32,000 bases of DNA, taken from Longivirga aurantiaca (GTDB lineage Bacteria; Actinomycetota; Actinomycetes; S36-B12; CAIYMF01). Made by a program: the position numbers and the translations under genes. The notes under the pieces were generated by a model. That model worked only from the letters and a program-made list of their open reading frames with translations. It did not search any database and had not been told where the DNA came from. The stretch lies in assembly GCF_042660085.1 (NCBI RefSeq), contig NZ_JBHSTI010000008.1, positions 1,209,876 to 1,241,875 on the forward strand, in the 5' to 3' direction. Below, one piece after another: positions 9,103 to 17,859 of the stretch; within the stretch, counting starts at the first letter, position 1, and each line of letters opens with the position of its first letter.

Positions 9103-10704
9103 CTAGCGCGACCCGCGCCGCTCGTCGGCCAACGCCCGTTCTTGGGCCACGTGCGCGACTGCCGCCGCCGCGGATGGGTGCCCAGCCACGAAGACCGTGA
9201 AGTCCAGTCGGGAGATCGCGAAGGTGGTCAGCTCGCCCACGGCGGTGACCGTTGCGGTGCGTGGGACCTGGCGCAACAGGGCCATCTCGCCGAAGCCGCT
9301 TCCCGGCCCGAGTTCGGCGACCATCGTGCCGTTCCGGCTGACCCGAGCACGACCCGACATCACCACGTGGAAATCGTCGCCGACGGCCCCCTGCACCATC
9401 ACGTCCTCGCCATCGGCGAACGTCCGCTCGACCCCGACGGCCGCGAGGTGGTCCACCGCGGCCAGCGGAAGGGAGTCCAGTTGGCGACACTCGCGGAGGG
9501 CAGAGACGTTGTCGCCGGGAATGAGCCGGGTGTCGAGCCGGCGGGCCCACGGAATGCTGCCCGCGGCAAGCGTCACGAGCACGCATCCCGTGAGCCCCAA
9601 CGAGGGACCGACGCCGAACTTCGGGACCGCCAGGCCGGCGACCAGGGAACCGATGGTGACACCCAGGACGAGGATCACTTCGAACGCGGCGAATGCTCGT
9701 CCGAGGATGGTGGGAGGGATCACCCTGGCGACCAGGGTGAATGCCCCGACGTCAAGCACCGCGTTGCCTACTCCGATGATGGCGAATCCGAGGTAGCCGA
9801 CAGCCGGCACGGTCAAGAAGCCGAGGGCAACCATCGGAAGCCCCCAGAGAGCCACGCCCACTGCAACGGCTCGGCTGATGCGCGTCGAGGTGACAAGTGC
9901 GGCCGCGGCCGCACTGCCTGCCAGGCCTCCCACACCCATCATCGCCGTCAACCAACCGACGCCTGGGTCGCCCTGTCCGAATGTGTCGACCGCGAGGACG
10001 ACCACGGCGATGAGGAGCACCCCGCGGGCGAATGTCTGCACGAACACCAGCGCGATGAGAGGTGGCTCCTGGAGCAGGGCGCGCAGGCCCACGCCGAACT
10101 CCCTGATCGCGGAAGCCAGCGTCATAGCGCTGCCGGGGTCACCGGGGGAAGTGACGTCGTGGATGCGGCGGACAGCAACCGCGGCTGCCCCCACCACGAC
10201 CGCCGCCAGCGCCAGGCCCAGTGGTGGCGGGCCAACCACGAGTAGCACTCCGGCGAGCACGGGTCCTGCCAATGTACCGGCGCTCTCAGCGAACGCCGAG
10301 GCGGCGTTGGCCGCTGTCAGCTGCGCCGGGCTGGTGGCCAGGTGCGGAAGCAGTGCACCGCTCATGGGCCGGTGCGTACTGAACAGGACCGAAGCGAGCC
10401 CTCCGACGAGCAATACCGCCATCGGCGCTCCTGCGACCAGGAAGGCCGCGGCCAGAGCCAACAGGCCGGACCGCGTCGCGAGGACGGCTGTCAGCCAGCT
10501 CTCCCGCCGACCCCGATCGGACCACCCGATGACGACAGGCGTGACGATGAGGGCCGGCACAGCTCGCAGGATCGAGAAGCCGGCGAGCAGCCCGGGACCG
10601 CCGACCTCGTAGGCCACGACCAGCAGCACGACCAGCGACGCAGTCTCGGCGATGACCGACAAGCCCCAGGCCAGCACCGACCATCGGAGACTCGGCACCG
10701 CCAT
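9103..10704 (-). CDS. MFS transporter fused to a C-terminal cyclic-nucleotide-binding domain
   Basis: About 12 hydrophobic helices, then LRECRQLDSLPLAAVDHLAAVGVERTFADGEDVMVQGAVGDDFHVVMSGRARVSRNG...LGPGSGFGEMALLRQVPRTATVTAVGE (the CAP/cNMP-binding signature FGE.ALL...PR.AT). The track start at 10734 is TTG; ATG 10704 (MAVPSLRW) after GAGG is preferred. Confidence 0.8.
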   Translation of the reverse strand: MAVPSLRWSVLAWGLSVIAETASLVVLLVVAYEVGGPGLLAGFSILRAVPALIVTPVVIGWSDRGRRESWLTAVLATRSGLLALAAAFLVAGAPMAVLLVGGLASVLFSTHRPMSGALLPHLATSPAQLTAANAASAFAESAGTLAGPVLAGVLLVVGPPPLGLALAAVVVGAAAVAVRRIHDVTSPGDPGSAMTLASAIREFGVGLRALLQEPPLIALVFVQTFARGVLLIAVVVLAVDTFGQGDPGVGWLTAMMGVGGLAGSAAAAALVTSTRISRAVAVGVALWGLPMVALGFLTVPAVGYLGFAIIGVGNAVLDVGAFTLVARVIPPTILGRAFAAFEVILVLGVTIGSLVAGLAVPKFGVGPSLGLTGCVLVTLAAGSIPWARRLDTRLIPGDNVSALRECRQLDSLPLAAVDHLAAVGVERTFADGEDVMVQGAVGDDFHVVMSGRARVSRNGTMVAELGPGSGFGEMALLRQVPRTATVTAVGELTTFAISRLDFTVFVAGHPSAAAAVAHVAQERALADERRGSR

Positions 10705-11086
10705 CACGGCGCGCAGCCTCACGCCGCGACCCAAGCACGGTCCGTCGATGTGGTGGGCCCCATCCGGCAGAGCCTGCCCTACCGCGGCGCGCTGCGCGGC
10801 CTATGGCCTGAGACGCGCCGCAGGCACGAGACCGGGTGGTGGCCTGACAGGGCACGCTCGGCTAGCAGCTGGGCTCCAACCGCCCGGTGCAACCTGATGC
10901 TGGAGACCCTGGGCTACCCGGATGCGCCTGGGGGCGATCGAGGCGGCCGGTGTCCCTTCTAGGTATTGCACCGCACAGCTCTCGCTGATCCCGTGAGGCA
11001 CAATCCCTTTCGCACTGCGCTCAGGCGTCCGGAGTGCGCGACCAGTTGGGCTGAGCACCTCAGCCGATCACCCTGCAGCAGTCACG

Positions 11087-11118
11087 CTGAAGCCCGCTGC
11101 CCCGGCAGCGGGCTTCAG
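11087..11118 (-). terminator. GC-rich hairpin overlapping the stop of the 11115-11597 gene
   Basis: ctgaagcccgctgc (11087-11100) pairs with gcagcgggcttcag (11105-11118), a 14-bp perfect stem with a 4-nt loop. No U-tail. Confidence 0.5.
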
Positions 11119-11597
11119 CCGTCTGCGAGACGGGCCAGGGAGTCGATGACGAAGGCGCGGTAGTCCGCCACCGCGACGAACGGCGCGCCGTCGGCTTCCG
11201 CGCGGGCGAGGACCTCGTCCGCTGCTGCGCCGGCGCGGAGCCCCGCATAGAGGTAGGCGACAGCCGAGGCGCGCGGCCCGGAGCGGCAGGTGATCAGGAC
11301 CGGGCGTGGAAGTTCGTCCAGCGCTGCAACCTGTTGACGGGCCAGGTCGAGGTCGAGCACCCGCGGCGGATCCGAGATGACGTTCGCCGAGCTCCCCACC
11401 ACGGCGACGACGTCGTCGTCGTAGCTCATGCCGCCCTCCATCCTGGCGAACTCGTCCCCGCACAGGAAGAGCCAGAACCGTGCGCCGAGGGACTCGACGA
11501 GCCCTTCAGGATCCGTCACCGCCCCGTGGTCGTATGCGATGTGGTCGGGGAGTGGGAAGTCGCTCACGTGGGCACCGCTCTCGCCCCGCGGGCTCAC
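11115..11597 (-). CDS. hypothetical protein with Cys-loop motif CRSGPRAS (phosphatase-like/sulfurtransferase-like, DUF442-type?)
   Basis: 160 aa, GTG start, strongly G/C-biased third positions along the whole ORF. PVLITCRSGPRASAVAYLYAGL resembles the CRSGxR(S/A) active-site loop of DUF442/PTP-like domains. The functional call is weak. Confidence 0.5.
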   Translation of the reverse strand: MSPRGESGAHVSDFPLPDHIAYDHGAVTDPEGLVESLGARFWLFLCGDEFARMEGGMSYDDDVVAVVGSSANVISDPPRVLDLDLARQQVAALDELPRPVLITCRSGPRASAVAYLYAGLRAGAAADEVLARAEADGAPFVAVADYRAFVIDSLARLADG

Positions 11598-12131
11598 CAG
11601 GGCTCGCGGCTTCCACGAAGATGGGGGCGGCCGGCGGCGGGGGCCACAGTCTCGACGGGCAACGCGTCCTGGTGCACTGTGCCGACGACCGCGTGAGCCA
11701 CGCCGACTCGGCGTTGATCACCGTGCCGGTCGGTCCACCGCGTGGGGATCGGCGTCGCAGTACCTCGCCGGCACAGCGATGGCGTACGCCACGTGCCCCG
11801 ATTCGCGCTCGCCTTGGTGGCGCTCTGGTGCCCCGCGCAGCGTTCCCCAGGGTCCGGGTCGTGGTGCCGCGAACGCCTTCCCTCATGGTTCGAGCCGGGA
11901 GTAGCGTCGCGCCACTGCCATGGGCCGAGGCGTTGGGGCCATCGTGGGGCGGTGGTCACTCCTGACAGCGGGGGTTGTTCTGTCGCTGACAGTCTGCGCG
12001 CCGTGGTGGGAACCACCAGCCTGCAGGCTGATCAGCAGCACATCGACCGTACGTGCGTGTCGGCGCACAAGTCGGCCTCGATCACGGCCCTGACTCCAGA
12101 TCTATCGCGTTTCACCACGTAAGGAGCGTCC

Positions 12132-13487
12132 ATGCTGCAGGAAGCGATTCAGGACCTTCGAGGCCGGACGCGCGGTGAGGTCATCGAGCCTGCTGGCGGC
12201 GGGTACGAGGCGGCTCGCGAGGCCTACAACGCGATGGCGTCGGGACGCCCGGTGGTCATCTTCCGGCCCGCGGACCTGACCGACATCGTGACCGCGGTGA
12301 GGTGGGCAGCTGGTTCGGATCTCCCGATCGGTGTCCGCGGCGGTGGCCACAGCGTCGCCGGCCACTCGTCCCCGGACGGGGCGCTCCTCGTCGACCTGTC
12401 CCGGTGGCGGGGGGCGACGGTCGATCCCGCCACGAGGACGGCGGATGCGCTCGCGGGTTCGCGCTTGATGGATCTCGACGCCGCGACCTTCGCGTACGGC
12501 CTGGCCGCGCCGTCCGGCACGTTCATCGACACCGGTATCGGCGGCCTGACCCTGAGCGGCGGGATCAGCTGGCTCCTGTCGTCGGAGGGGTACGCGTGCG
12601 ACGCGCTGATCGGCGCCCAGCTCGTGACGGCGGACGGCGACGTCCTCGAGGTCGACGAGGAGCACGAGCCCGAGCTGCTCTGGGGCCTTCGAGGCGGTGG
12701 CGGCAACTTCGGGGTGGTGACCCGCCTGAGGTACGCACTGACGGAGGTCCCCGCGATGTTCGGCGGTCGCCTCCGCTTCCGGGGCAGCTCCCTGCGCGAT
12801 TCCATCCTTCGGACCTTCGAGGTCGAGGCCTCTGCGCCGGACGAGCTCGTGCTGGCGATGGTCGCCTGGCGCGCCGAGGATGGCTCGCCGTCGATCTCGG
12901 TGAACGTCGGGTGGCGCGGCGACCCGGAGAGCGGCATGGCTGCCGTTAGTGCGCTCGCGACACATCCGGCCTGCTACGAGTCCGATCTCAAGCCGATGAA
13001 CTGGCTCCAGCAGCAGACGCTGTACCAGCCGATCCCCTTCGGGCTCCGGCAGTACTGGAAGGGCCATCTCATCGGGCAGCTGGACGAAACCCTGGCCGAC
13101 GCCCTGATCGCGTCCGCCTCGGAGGCGAGCGACGAGTCGTTCGCGCTCGTCGAGCTCATCCATGGCAGGGCTCATCGCATTCCCGAGTCGCACGCCGCTT
13201 TCGGAGGGCGCAGCGCGGTCGCGAACGTGACGGCGCTCGCGATCTGGGAGGACGCGGCCGACGACGCGGCCGAGATCGCCTGGGCGCGCCGGTTCGCCGA
13301 TCGCGTCTCGCCGCTCTCGTTGCGAGGAGGGGGCTACCTCAACTACCCCGAGATCGACCAGACGGCGAGCCGGGTCGCAGCCGCGTATCCACCGGACTCG
13401 TGGGCTCGACTTCGAGGGCTCAAGCGGCGCCTCGATCCGCACAACCGCTTCCGCTTCAACGCGAACATCCCGCCCGCGGACGCCTGA
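12132..13487 (+). CDS. FAD-binding (PCMH-type) oxidoreductase with BBE-like C-terminus
   Basis: 451 aa, AAGGAG before the ATG. RPVVIFRPADLTDIVTAVRWAAGSDLPIGVRGGGHSVAGHSS is the FAD_binding_4 signature, including the GGGHS His used for covalent FAD in BBE-like enzymes. The C-terminal YLNYP...RLDPHNRFRFNANI is a BBE-domain ending. Confidence 0.85.
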   Translation: MLQEAIQDLRGRTRGEVIEPAGGGYEAAREAYNAMASGRPVVIFRPADLTDIVTAVRWAAGSDLPIGVRGGGHSVAGHSSPDGALLVDLSRWRGATVDPATRTADALAGSRLMDLDAATFAYGLAAPSGTFIDTGIGGLTLSGGISWLLSSEGYACDALIGAQLVTADGDVLEVDEEHEPELLWGLRGGGGNFGVVTRLRYALTEVPAMFGGRLRFRGSSLRDSILRTFEVEASAPDELVLAMVAWRAEDGSPSISVNVGWRGDPESGMAAVSALATHPACYESDLKPMNWLQQQTLYQPIPFGLRQYWKGHLIGQLDETLADALIASASEASDESFALVELIHGRAHRIPESHAAFGGRSAVANVTALAIWEDAADDAAEIAWARRFADRVSPLSLRGGGYLNYPEIDQTASRVAAAYPPDSWARLRGLKRRLDPHNRFRFNANIPPADA

Positions 13488-13648
13488 GGCATACGACCGC
13501 CTCCGACGGCAGCCACGCCGCGAGCAGCTGGGTCGCGTGCGTCTGCCGGCGCGCGACGTGACAACCTCCGTGGCTAGCCTGATGGCGGAGTGACTGGCTG
13601 CAGGCGAGTCTCCGGTGGGCGGTTGGCCGCTCCACGGGGAGGCGTGCC

Positions 13649-14617
13649 ATGCGATACAGCATCCGTACCTGTCTTGCCGTTCTTGCCACGGCTCTGGTGA
13701 TGTCAGCGTGCGGCTCAGCCACGTCGGACGGGAGCAGGAGCCCGTCCGCAGAAGCGGACATCTCCTTCTCCAACCCGACGGCGGGCCCGCTGCCGACCTA
13801 CGCGACCATCGAAGAGCTGACGACCGCGCTGTCGCCCGACTGCCGATGGGTCATCCAGCACAACGACACCTCGACGCCGGACAGCGCCTGGTGCGAGCCC
13901 GAGTCGCTCGACGTCGCGCTGTCCCGCGATGGGGACGTGATGACGGTCGAGAGGGTCGCCACATTCCTCGGCGAGCCGAACGAGGTCTGCGAATGGTGGG
14001 GGATGCTCGTGCTCGGCTACTCGCTCACCCGCACAGGCGGGAGCGAGCTGTACTCAGCCGCCGGCGTCACCCCGACCGACCTGCCCGAGGTCACGTCGTC
14101 GGTGGAGACTCCGGGCGGCATCGTGTACGGCGGCAACTGGTGGACGACGTACGGCACCGCGGCTGACGGGCAGCGCCTCAGCGGCGCAACCGGCGGATTC
14201 CTCATCCCGGCTCCGTCGGGCTGCTCCAGCGAGTCGGCGGCCCCCGCCACCAGCAGCGCCGCTCAGCCGGCCGACTGCTCGAGCGGGTCGATCGAGTTCC
14301 TGGAGGCGCTGGTGACGCACGGGCTGTCGGGCGTGTCCGTCGAGACGGTCGAGGGCCGCGGGCCCCGGATGATGGACAGCGCCACGTGCATGTCCGACTA
14401 CATCGCCCTCGCGGATGCAGCGTCGGTGGAGTCCGCCCTCACGGCGTATCTCACGTCCCTCGGTTACACCCTCGCCCAGGACCTGACCAAGGCCGACTAC
14501 ATCACGATCGTGGTCGGCACGGCCAAGGACAGGCCCAGGGTCGAGCTCCAGCTCCCTGTCGCGGCCGAGGGGTCCTCGGATCACACACCGTTCGAGGTCC
14601 TGGTGGCCGACGGGTGA
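13649..14617 (+). CDS. lipoprotein, function unknown
   Basis: MRYSIRTCLAVLATALVMSACGS carries a lipobox (L-V-M-S-A-C). GGGGAGG precedes the ATG. No recognisable domain. Confidence 0.7.
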   Translation: MRYSIRTCLAVLATALVMSACGSATSDGSRSPSAEADISFSNPTAGPLPTYATIEELTTALSPDCRWVIQHNDTSTPDSAWCEPESLDVALSRDGDVMTVERVATFLGEPNEVCEWWGMLVLGYSLTRTGGSELYSAAGVTPTDLPEVTSSVETPGGIVYGGNWWTTYGTAADGQRLSGATGGFLIPAPSGCSSESAAPATSSAAQPADCSSGSIEFLEALVTHGLSGVSVETVEGRGPRMMDSATCMSDYIALADAASVESALTAYLTSLGYTLAQDLTKADYITIVVGTAKDRPRVELQLPVAAEGSSDHTPFEVLVADG

Positions 14618-14704
14618 CCGTGCCCTCGAGGACGACCTCGGGTCGGGCCCCCCGCGGTCCGCCGGAGGGTCGCCGAGCGCCACCGCGCGGACGAGGATGG
14701 GGGC

Positions 14705-16018
14705 ATGGCACCCGCCACGACCTCGGTGATCCGCTCGGCCCGGATTGCGGCGCTTGTCGCGGCCCTGACCGCGCGTTCCGCCGTGACTGCCGTCCGCGCC
14801 CGGGTGGATCCCGACCCGGCCCGGCTGCGGCGCGAGGCACGCGCTGCCAACGCCGAGGCCCTGCGCTCCACGCTGGGCGGCATGAAAGGCGGCGCGCTCA
14901 AGGCGGGCCAGCTGCTCTCCACCGTCGACTCGCTGTTCCCGCCCGATCCCGACCGCACGTGGACCGAGGCGCTCACCTCCCTGCAGGAGTCCAACCCGCC
15001 CCTGGCGTGGAACGAGGTCGAGCCGCTGCTGCACCAGGGCCTGGGAGGGCGCTGGCGCGAGCGGCTCGTCGAGGTCGACGAGGACGCGGCGGCCGCGGCT
15101 TCGCTCGGCCAGGTGCACAGAGGGACGTGGTGCGACGGTCGCGCGGTCGCGGTGAAGGTGCAGTACCCGTTCGCGAGGCAGGCGCTCATGAGCGACCTCG
15201 GCGCTCTGTCGATGTCGTTGCGGGTGGCCGGCGCGGTGCTGCCCGGCCTCGTGGCGGCACCGCTCGTCGACGAGCTGCGCGTGCGCGCGGCCGAGGAGCT
15301 CGACTACGTGCACGAGGCGACGGCGCAGCGGGCGGTCGCCACGGCGTTCGCCGGGTCGGAGGAGTTCGCCGTGCCCGACGTCGTGGAGGTCGGCGGCGGT
15401 GTGCTGGTGAGCGAGTGGCTCGAAGGCCGTCCGCTGGTGTCGGCGGTGGACGACGCCGACCTCGACCGGGCGCGCATCGCTGAGCGCTACCAGCGCTTCG
15501 CGCTGCTCGCCCCGGCGCTGAGCGGGTGGCTGCACGCCGACCCGCACCCCGGGAACTTCCGGATCACGCCCGACGGCCGGCTCGGTGTCCTGGACTTCGG
15601 CGCGGTGGTGCCGATGCCCGACGGTCTCCCCACGGCGTTCGGGCGGCTGGTGCACACGTTCGCCGACGAGACCGACGACGCATCGGCGCTCGACGCGCTG
15701 CGCGAGTTCGGGCTCGTCCGCGCCGGGCGCACGGTCGACGTCGCGAGCCTGCGCTCGGTCATGTCGCCGTTCGGCGAGCCCGCGCGCCACGACACCTTCC
15801 ACTTCTCGCCGGAGTGGCTGCGCGCCTGCTTCGCCCGCGACGACGCCGCACGCGACCCCGACTACACCGCGGCGCTCGGCCTCGACGTGCCCGCCGAGCA
15901 CCTCATGACCCAGCGCGTCTGGCTCGGTCTGATCGGCGTGCTGTGCCGTCTCGACGTGACGGTGCCCGTGCGGCCGGTCCTCGCCGAGCTCCTCCCCGGC
16001 TTTCAAGCAGCTCGGTGA
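14705..16018 (+). CDS. ABC1/UbiB-family atypical protein kinase
   Basis: 437 aa. KAGQLLSTVD (KxGQ motif), AAASLGQVHRG (Ala-rich loop), VAVKVQYP, and HADPHPGNFRI...LGVLDFGAV (catalytic and DFG-like motifs) are typical of the ABC1/ADCK/UbiB family. Confidence 0.85.
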   Translation: MAPATTSVIRSARIAALVAALTARSAVTAVRARVDPDPARLRREARAANAEALRSTLGGMKGGALKAGQLLSTVDSLFPPDPDRTWTEALTSLQESNPPLAWNEVEPLLHQGLGGRWRERLVEVDEDAAAAASLGQVHRGTWCDGRAVAVKVQYPFARQALMSDLGALSMSLRVAGAVLPGLVAAPLVDELRVRAAEELDYVHEATAQRAVATAFAGSEEFAVPDVVEVGGGVLVSEWLEGRPLVSAVDDADLDRARIAERYQRFALLAPALSGWLHADPHPGNFRITPDGRLGVLDFGAVVPMPDGLPTAFGRLVHTFADETDDASALDALREFGLVRAGRTVDVASLRSVMSPFGEPARHDTFHFSPEWLRACFARDDAARDPDYTAALGLDVPAEHLMTQRVWLGLIGVLCRLDVTVPVRPVLAELLPGFQAAR

Positions 16019-16258
16019 TCAGCCGCACGCAGGTCCTGCGCGACGGACACGGTGCTCGACGCCGACCCGCCGCGGTTCCGGGACGGCGTCGCCGTGCGCC
16101 GCACGGGCCGACGGGACAAGGTCGTCGGCGGCCTCCTCCCGCAGCCGCGCATCGCCCGTAGCGTCGGCGAGACTCGCGGCTGCCTGGCGGTCACGCTGGA
16201 GGTGGGCCACGAGCGTGCGGCTCCGGACGCTCGACCCCGTCACCGCCGGAGGTGCGCC

Positions 16259-16756
16259 ATGAGTGACGTCCCCAACGGACCCGTGCTTCACCAGGACCAC
16301 CCGACGCTGCGGGTGATCGGGCACGCCGCAGCCGTGATCGGCGGGGGCATCGTCCTGATCTACGCGGCCCTCGGCCTCTACACGGGTGTCCTCCTTGCGA
16401 TCAGCCACACACTCGGCGCCGGGAGTGTGACCCAGCTTCCCGGGCTGCTCTTGAGCATCGTCATGCTGGGCTGGCTGATGATCGTCGGGCTGCTGACCGT
16501 GCTGGCGCTACGCCGCTGGCCGCGCAGCCTGGGCACGGCCGCGTGGCTCGCCGTACCGACGGCCAGCATCCTGCCGCCGATCACGATCGCCCTCGCCGAG
16601 CAGCCTGCGTGGCTGCTGCTCGCGGTCTGCGCCGTCATCGTCGCTCCGGTCCTCTGGCTCATGCATCGCAGGAACCAGCCGTGGGAGCAGCTGCTCTCTG
16701 TGGCCTGGGTGGCTGTCGCGCTGGGCGCGTTGGTGCTGCTCGGCGTCGACGTCTGA
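16259..16756 (+). CDS. small polytopic membrane protein, function unknown
   Basis: ATG 16259 after GGAGG ([15 protein letters not shown]...), then four or five hydrophobic helices. The upstream part of the 234-aa track ORF is Arg-rich and unlikely to be coding. Confidence 0.6.
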   Translation: MSDVPNGPVLHQDHPTLRVIGHAAAVIGGGIVLIYAALGLYTGVLLAISHTLGAGSVTQLPGLLLSIVMLGWLMIVGLLTVLALRRWPRSLGTAAWLAVPTASILPPITIALAEQPAWLLLAVCAVIVAPVLWLMHRRNQPWEQLLSVAWVAVALGALVLLGVDV

Positions 16757-17045
16757 CGGCGCTGACGGGATCGTCGATCGGCCCACGGCACCGGAGGGCC
16801 GACCGCAGCGTGGGTCAGCCGCGATTCGCAGTGAGGCTGATGCACCGTTCGTGGCCGGCCACCGCCGTGCTGCAGGGACCACCGCGGGTCGGCTTCCAGA
16901 TCTTCCGCCGCCTCGGCGACGGGTGAATCGAGTCCATGGTGGAGGTCTGGACTCACCTGCAGTCCTCCTTCGACCCGGACGAGATCCGCATCGGCTGACG
17001 AGGCATCACACGGGACGGTTAGTTGCGCCACCGGAGTGGACTCGA

Positions 17046-17198
17046 GTGGCGAGCGCAGTTGGCCTCGCCGACGGCCAGCCCGAGACCCTCGACGAGATCG
17101 GCACGGTCTACGGCGTGACGCGCGAGCGCATCCATCAGATCGAGTCCAACACGATGTCCACGCTGCGTCATCCCAGCCGTTCCCAGGGACCGCGCGAC
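17046..17198 (+). pseudogene. copy of the sigA 3' end lacking the gene body and native stop (remnant B)
   Basis: 17070-17198 aligns without gaps to sigA 5788-5916 with 10 mismatches in 129 nt (hand count): [42 protein letters not shown] vs [42 protein letters not shown]. Weaker gapped similarity runs back to ~17046 and none is visible upstream. The antisense track ORFs 17019-17411 and 4165-6333 share the mirror-image peptide. Confidence 0.85.
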
Positions 17199-17250
17199 GC
17201 AGTGGTCTGCTTCATCTCTGGCTGGGATGCCTGCGTCGTAGTCTGCGGTC

Positions 17251-17628
17251 ATGAAGCACCCCGTACGCGCTGCGATCGAGGCCCGTGACATCGACGCGCT
17301 CGTGGCGCTCCTCGCTGACGACATCGTGTTCAACAGCCCCGTGGCCTTCCACCCCTTCACCGGCCGGGCCACCGTCGCGGAGGTGCTGACCAACGCGATG
17401 GAGGTCTTCACCGACTTCGTCTACGTCGACGAGCTCGCCGGCGACGACACGCACGGCCTCGTCTTCACCGCCCGCGTCAACGGCCGAGCCGTTGAGGGGC
17501 TTGACCACCTCCGCTTCGACGAGGCCGGTCTCGTCTCCGAGTTCACGGTGATGGTGCGGCCGCTGTCCGGCGTCATCGCCCTTGCCGAGGCGATGGCCCC
17601 GCGGGTGGCCCACCTCGCGAAGGGCTGA
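17251..17628 (+). CDS. SnoaL-like / NTF2-fold protein
   Basis: 125 aa. [39 protein letters not shown]...[20 protein letters not shown] is the typical SnoaL_2/NTF2-like pattern. Confidence 0.7.
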   Translation: MKHPVRAAIEARDIDALVALLADDIVFNSPVAFHPFTGRATVAEVLTNAMEVFTDFVYVDELAGDDTHGLVFTARVNGRAVEGLDHLRFDEAGLVSEFTVMVRPLSGVIALAEAMAPRVAHLAKG

Positions 17629-17859
17629 TCACCCACGGGTGACGCCGCGGATGCACAGCGATCCTGGGCGGCGACGGCCTCAGCGGGGGACCGGACGAAG
17701 GCCGTCCTGGGAGAGGGGCGTCGGTGCCGCACCGGCCGTGAGCACCTCATCCCTGCAACGGCTCGGGATCCTGGAAGTCGCGCGCGACGTGGTGGTCGGG
17801 GGCCACACTCGAGGTGGCTCGTTGAGTCGCGGTCCCGTGATCGTCCCGAAGGAGTGCTC

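Larger units (their letters stand above)
5929..17045. mobile_element. putative degraded genomic island(s) at the 3' end of sigA (no recombinase detected)
   Basis: Bounded by intact sigA (ends 5928) and a 92%-identical copy of its 3' end (17070-17198). A third decayed copy lies inside at 8836-8922. Content is accessory-type genes, one truncated gene and stop-rich, less GC-rich noncoding tracts. See findings. Confidence 0.4.

Noticed and set aside
14054-16006. 650-aa minus-strand ORF antisense to the lipoprotein and ABC1 kinase genes
   Set aside because: Shadow ORF: Arg/Gly/His-rich with no motifs, while the plus-strand genes carry clear family signatures.
16019-16258. Possible small minus-strand gene between the ABC1 kinase and the membrane protein (part of track ORF 16019-16408)
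   Set aside because: No convincing start or RBS and no recognisable motif. It overlaps the better-supported plus-strand membrane protein start region.
16815-16937. Small basic minus-strand ORF (about 40 aa, [24 protein letters not shown]...) and a 20-aa plus-strand ORF ([20 protein letters not shown]) in the gap before remnant B
   Set aside because: Too short, with no RBS or motif support. They may be fragments of a destroyed gene, but I cannot support a call.
16851-17288. 145-aa ORF containing the sigA region-4.2-like segment, as a possible stand-alone anti-sigma decoy or mini-sigma
   Set aside because: The N-terminal 70 residues are Arg/Pro/Gly junk with no similarity to sigma region 3/4.1. 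The conserved Lys residues are lost. The ORF runs across the start of the SnoaL-like gene. A pseudogene scar is more parsimonious.
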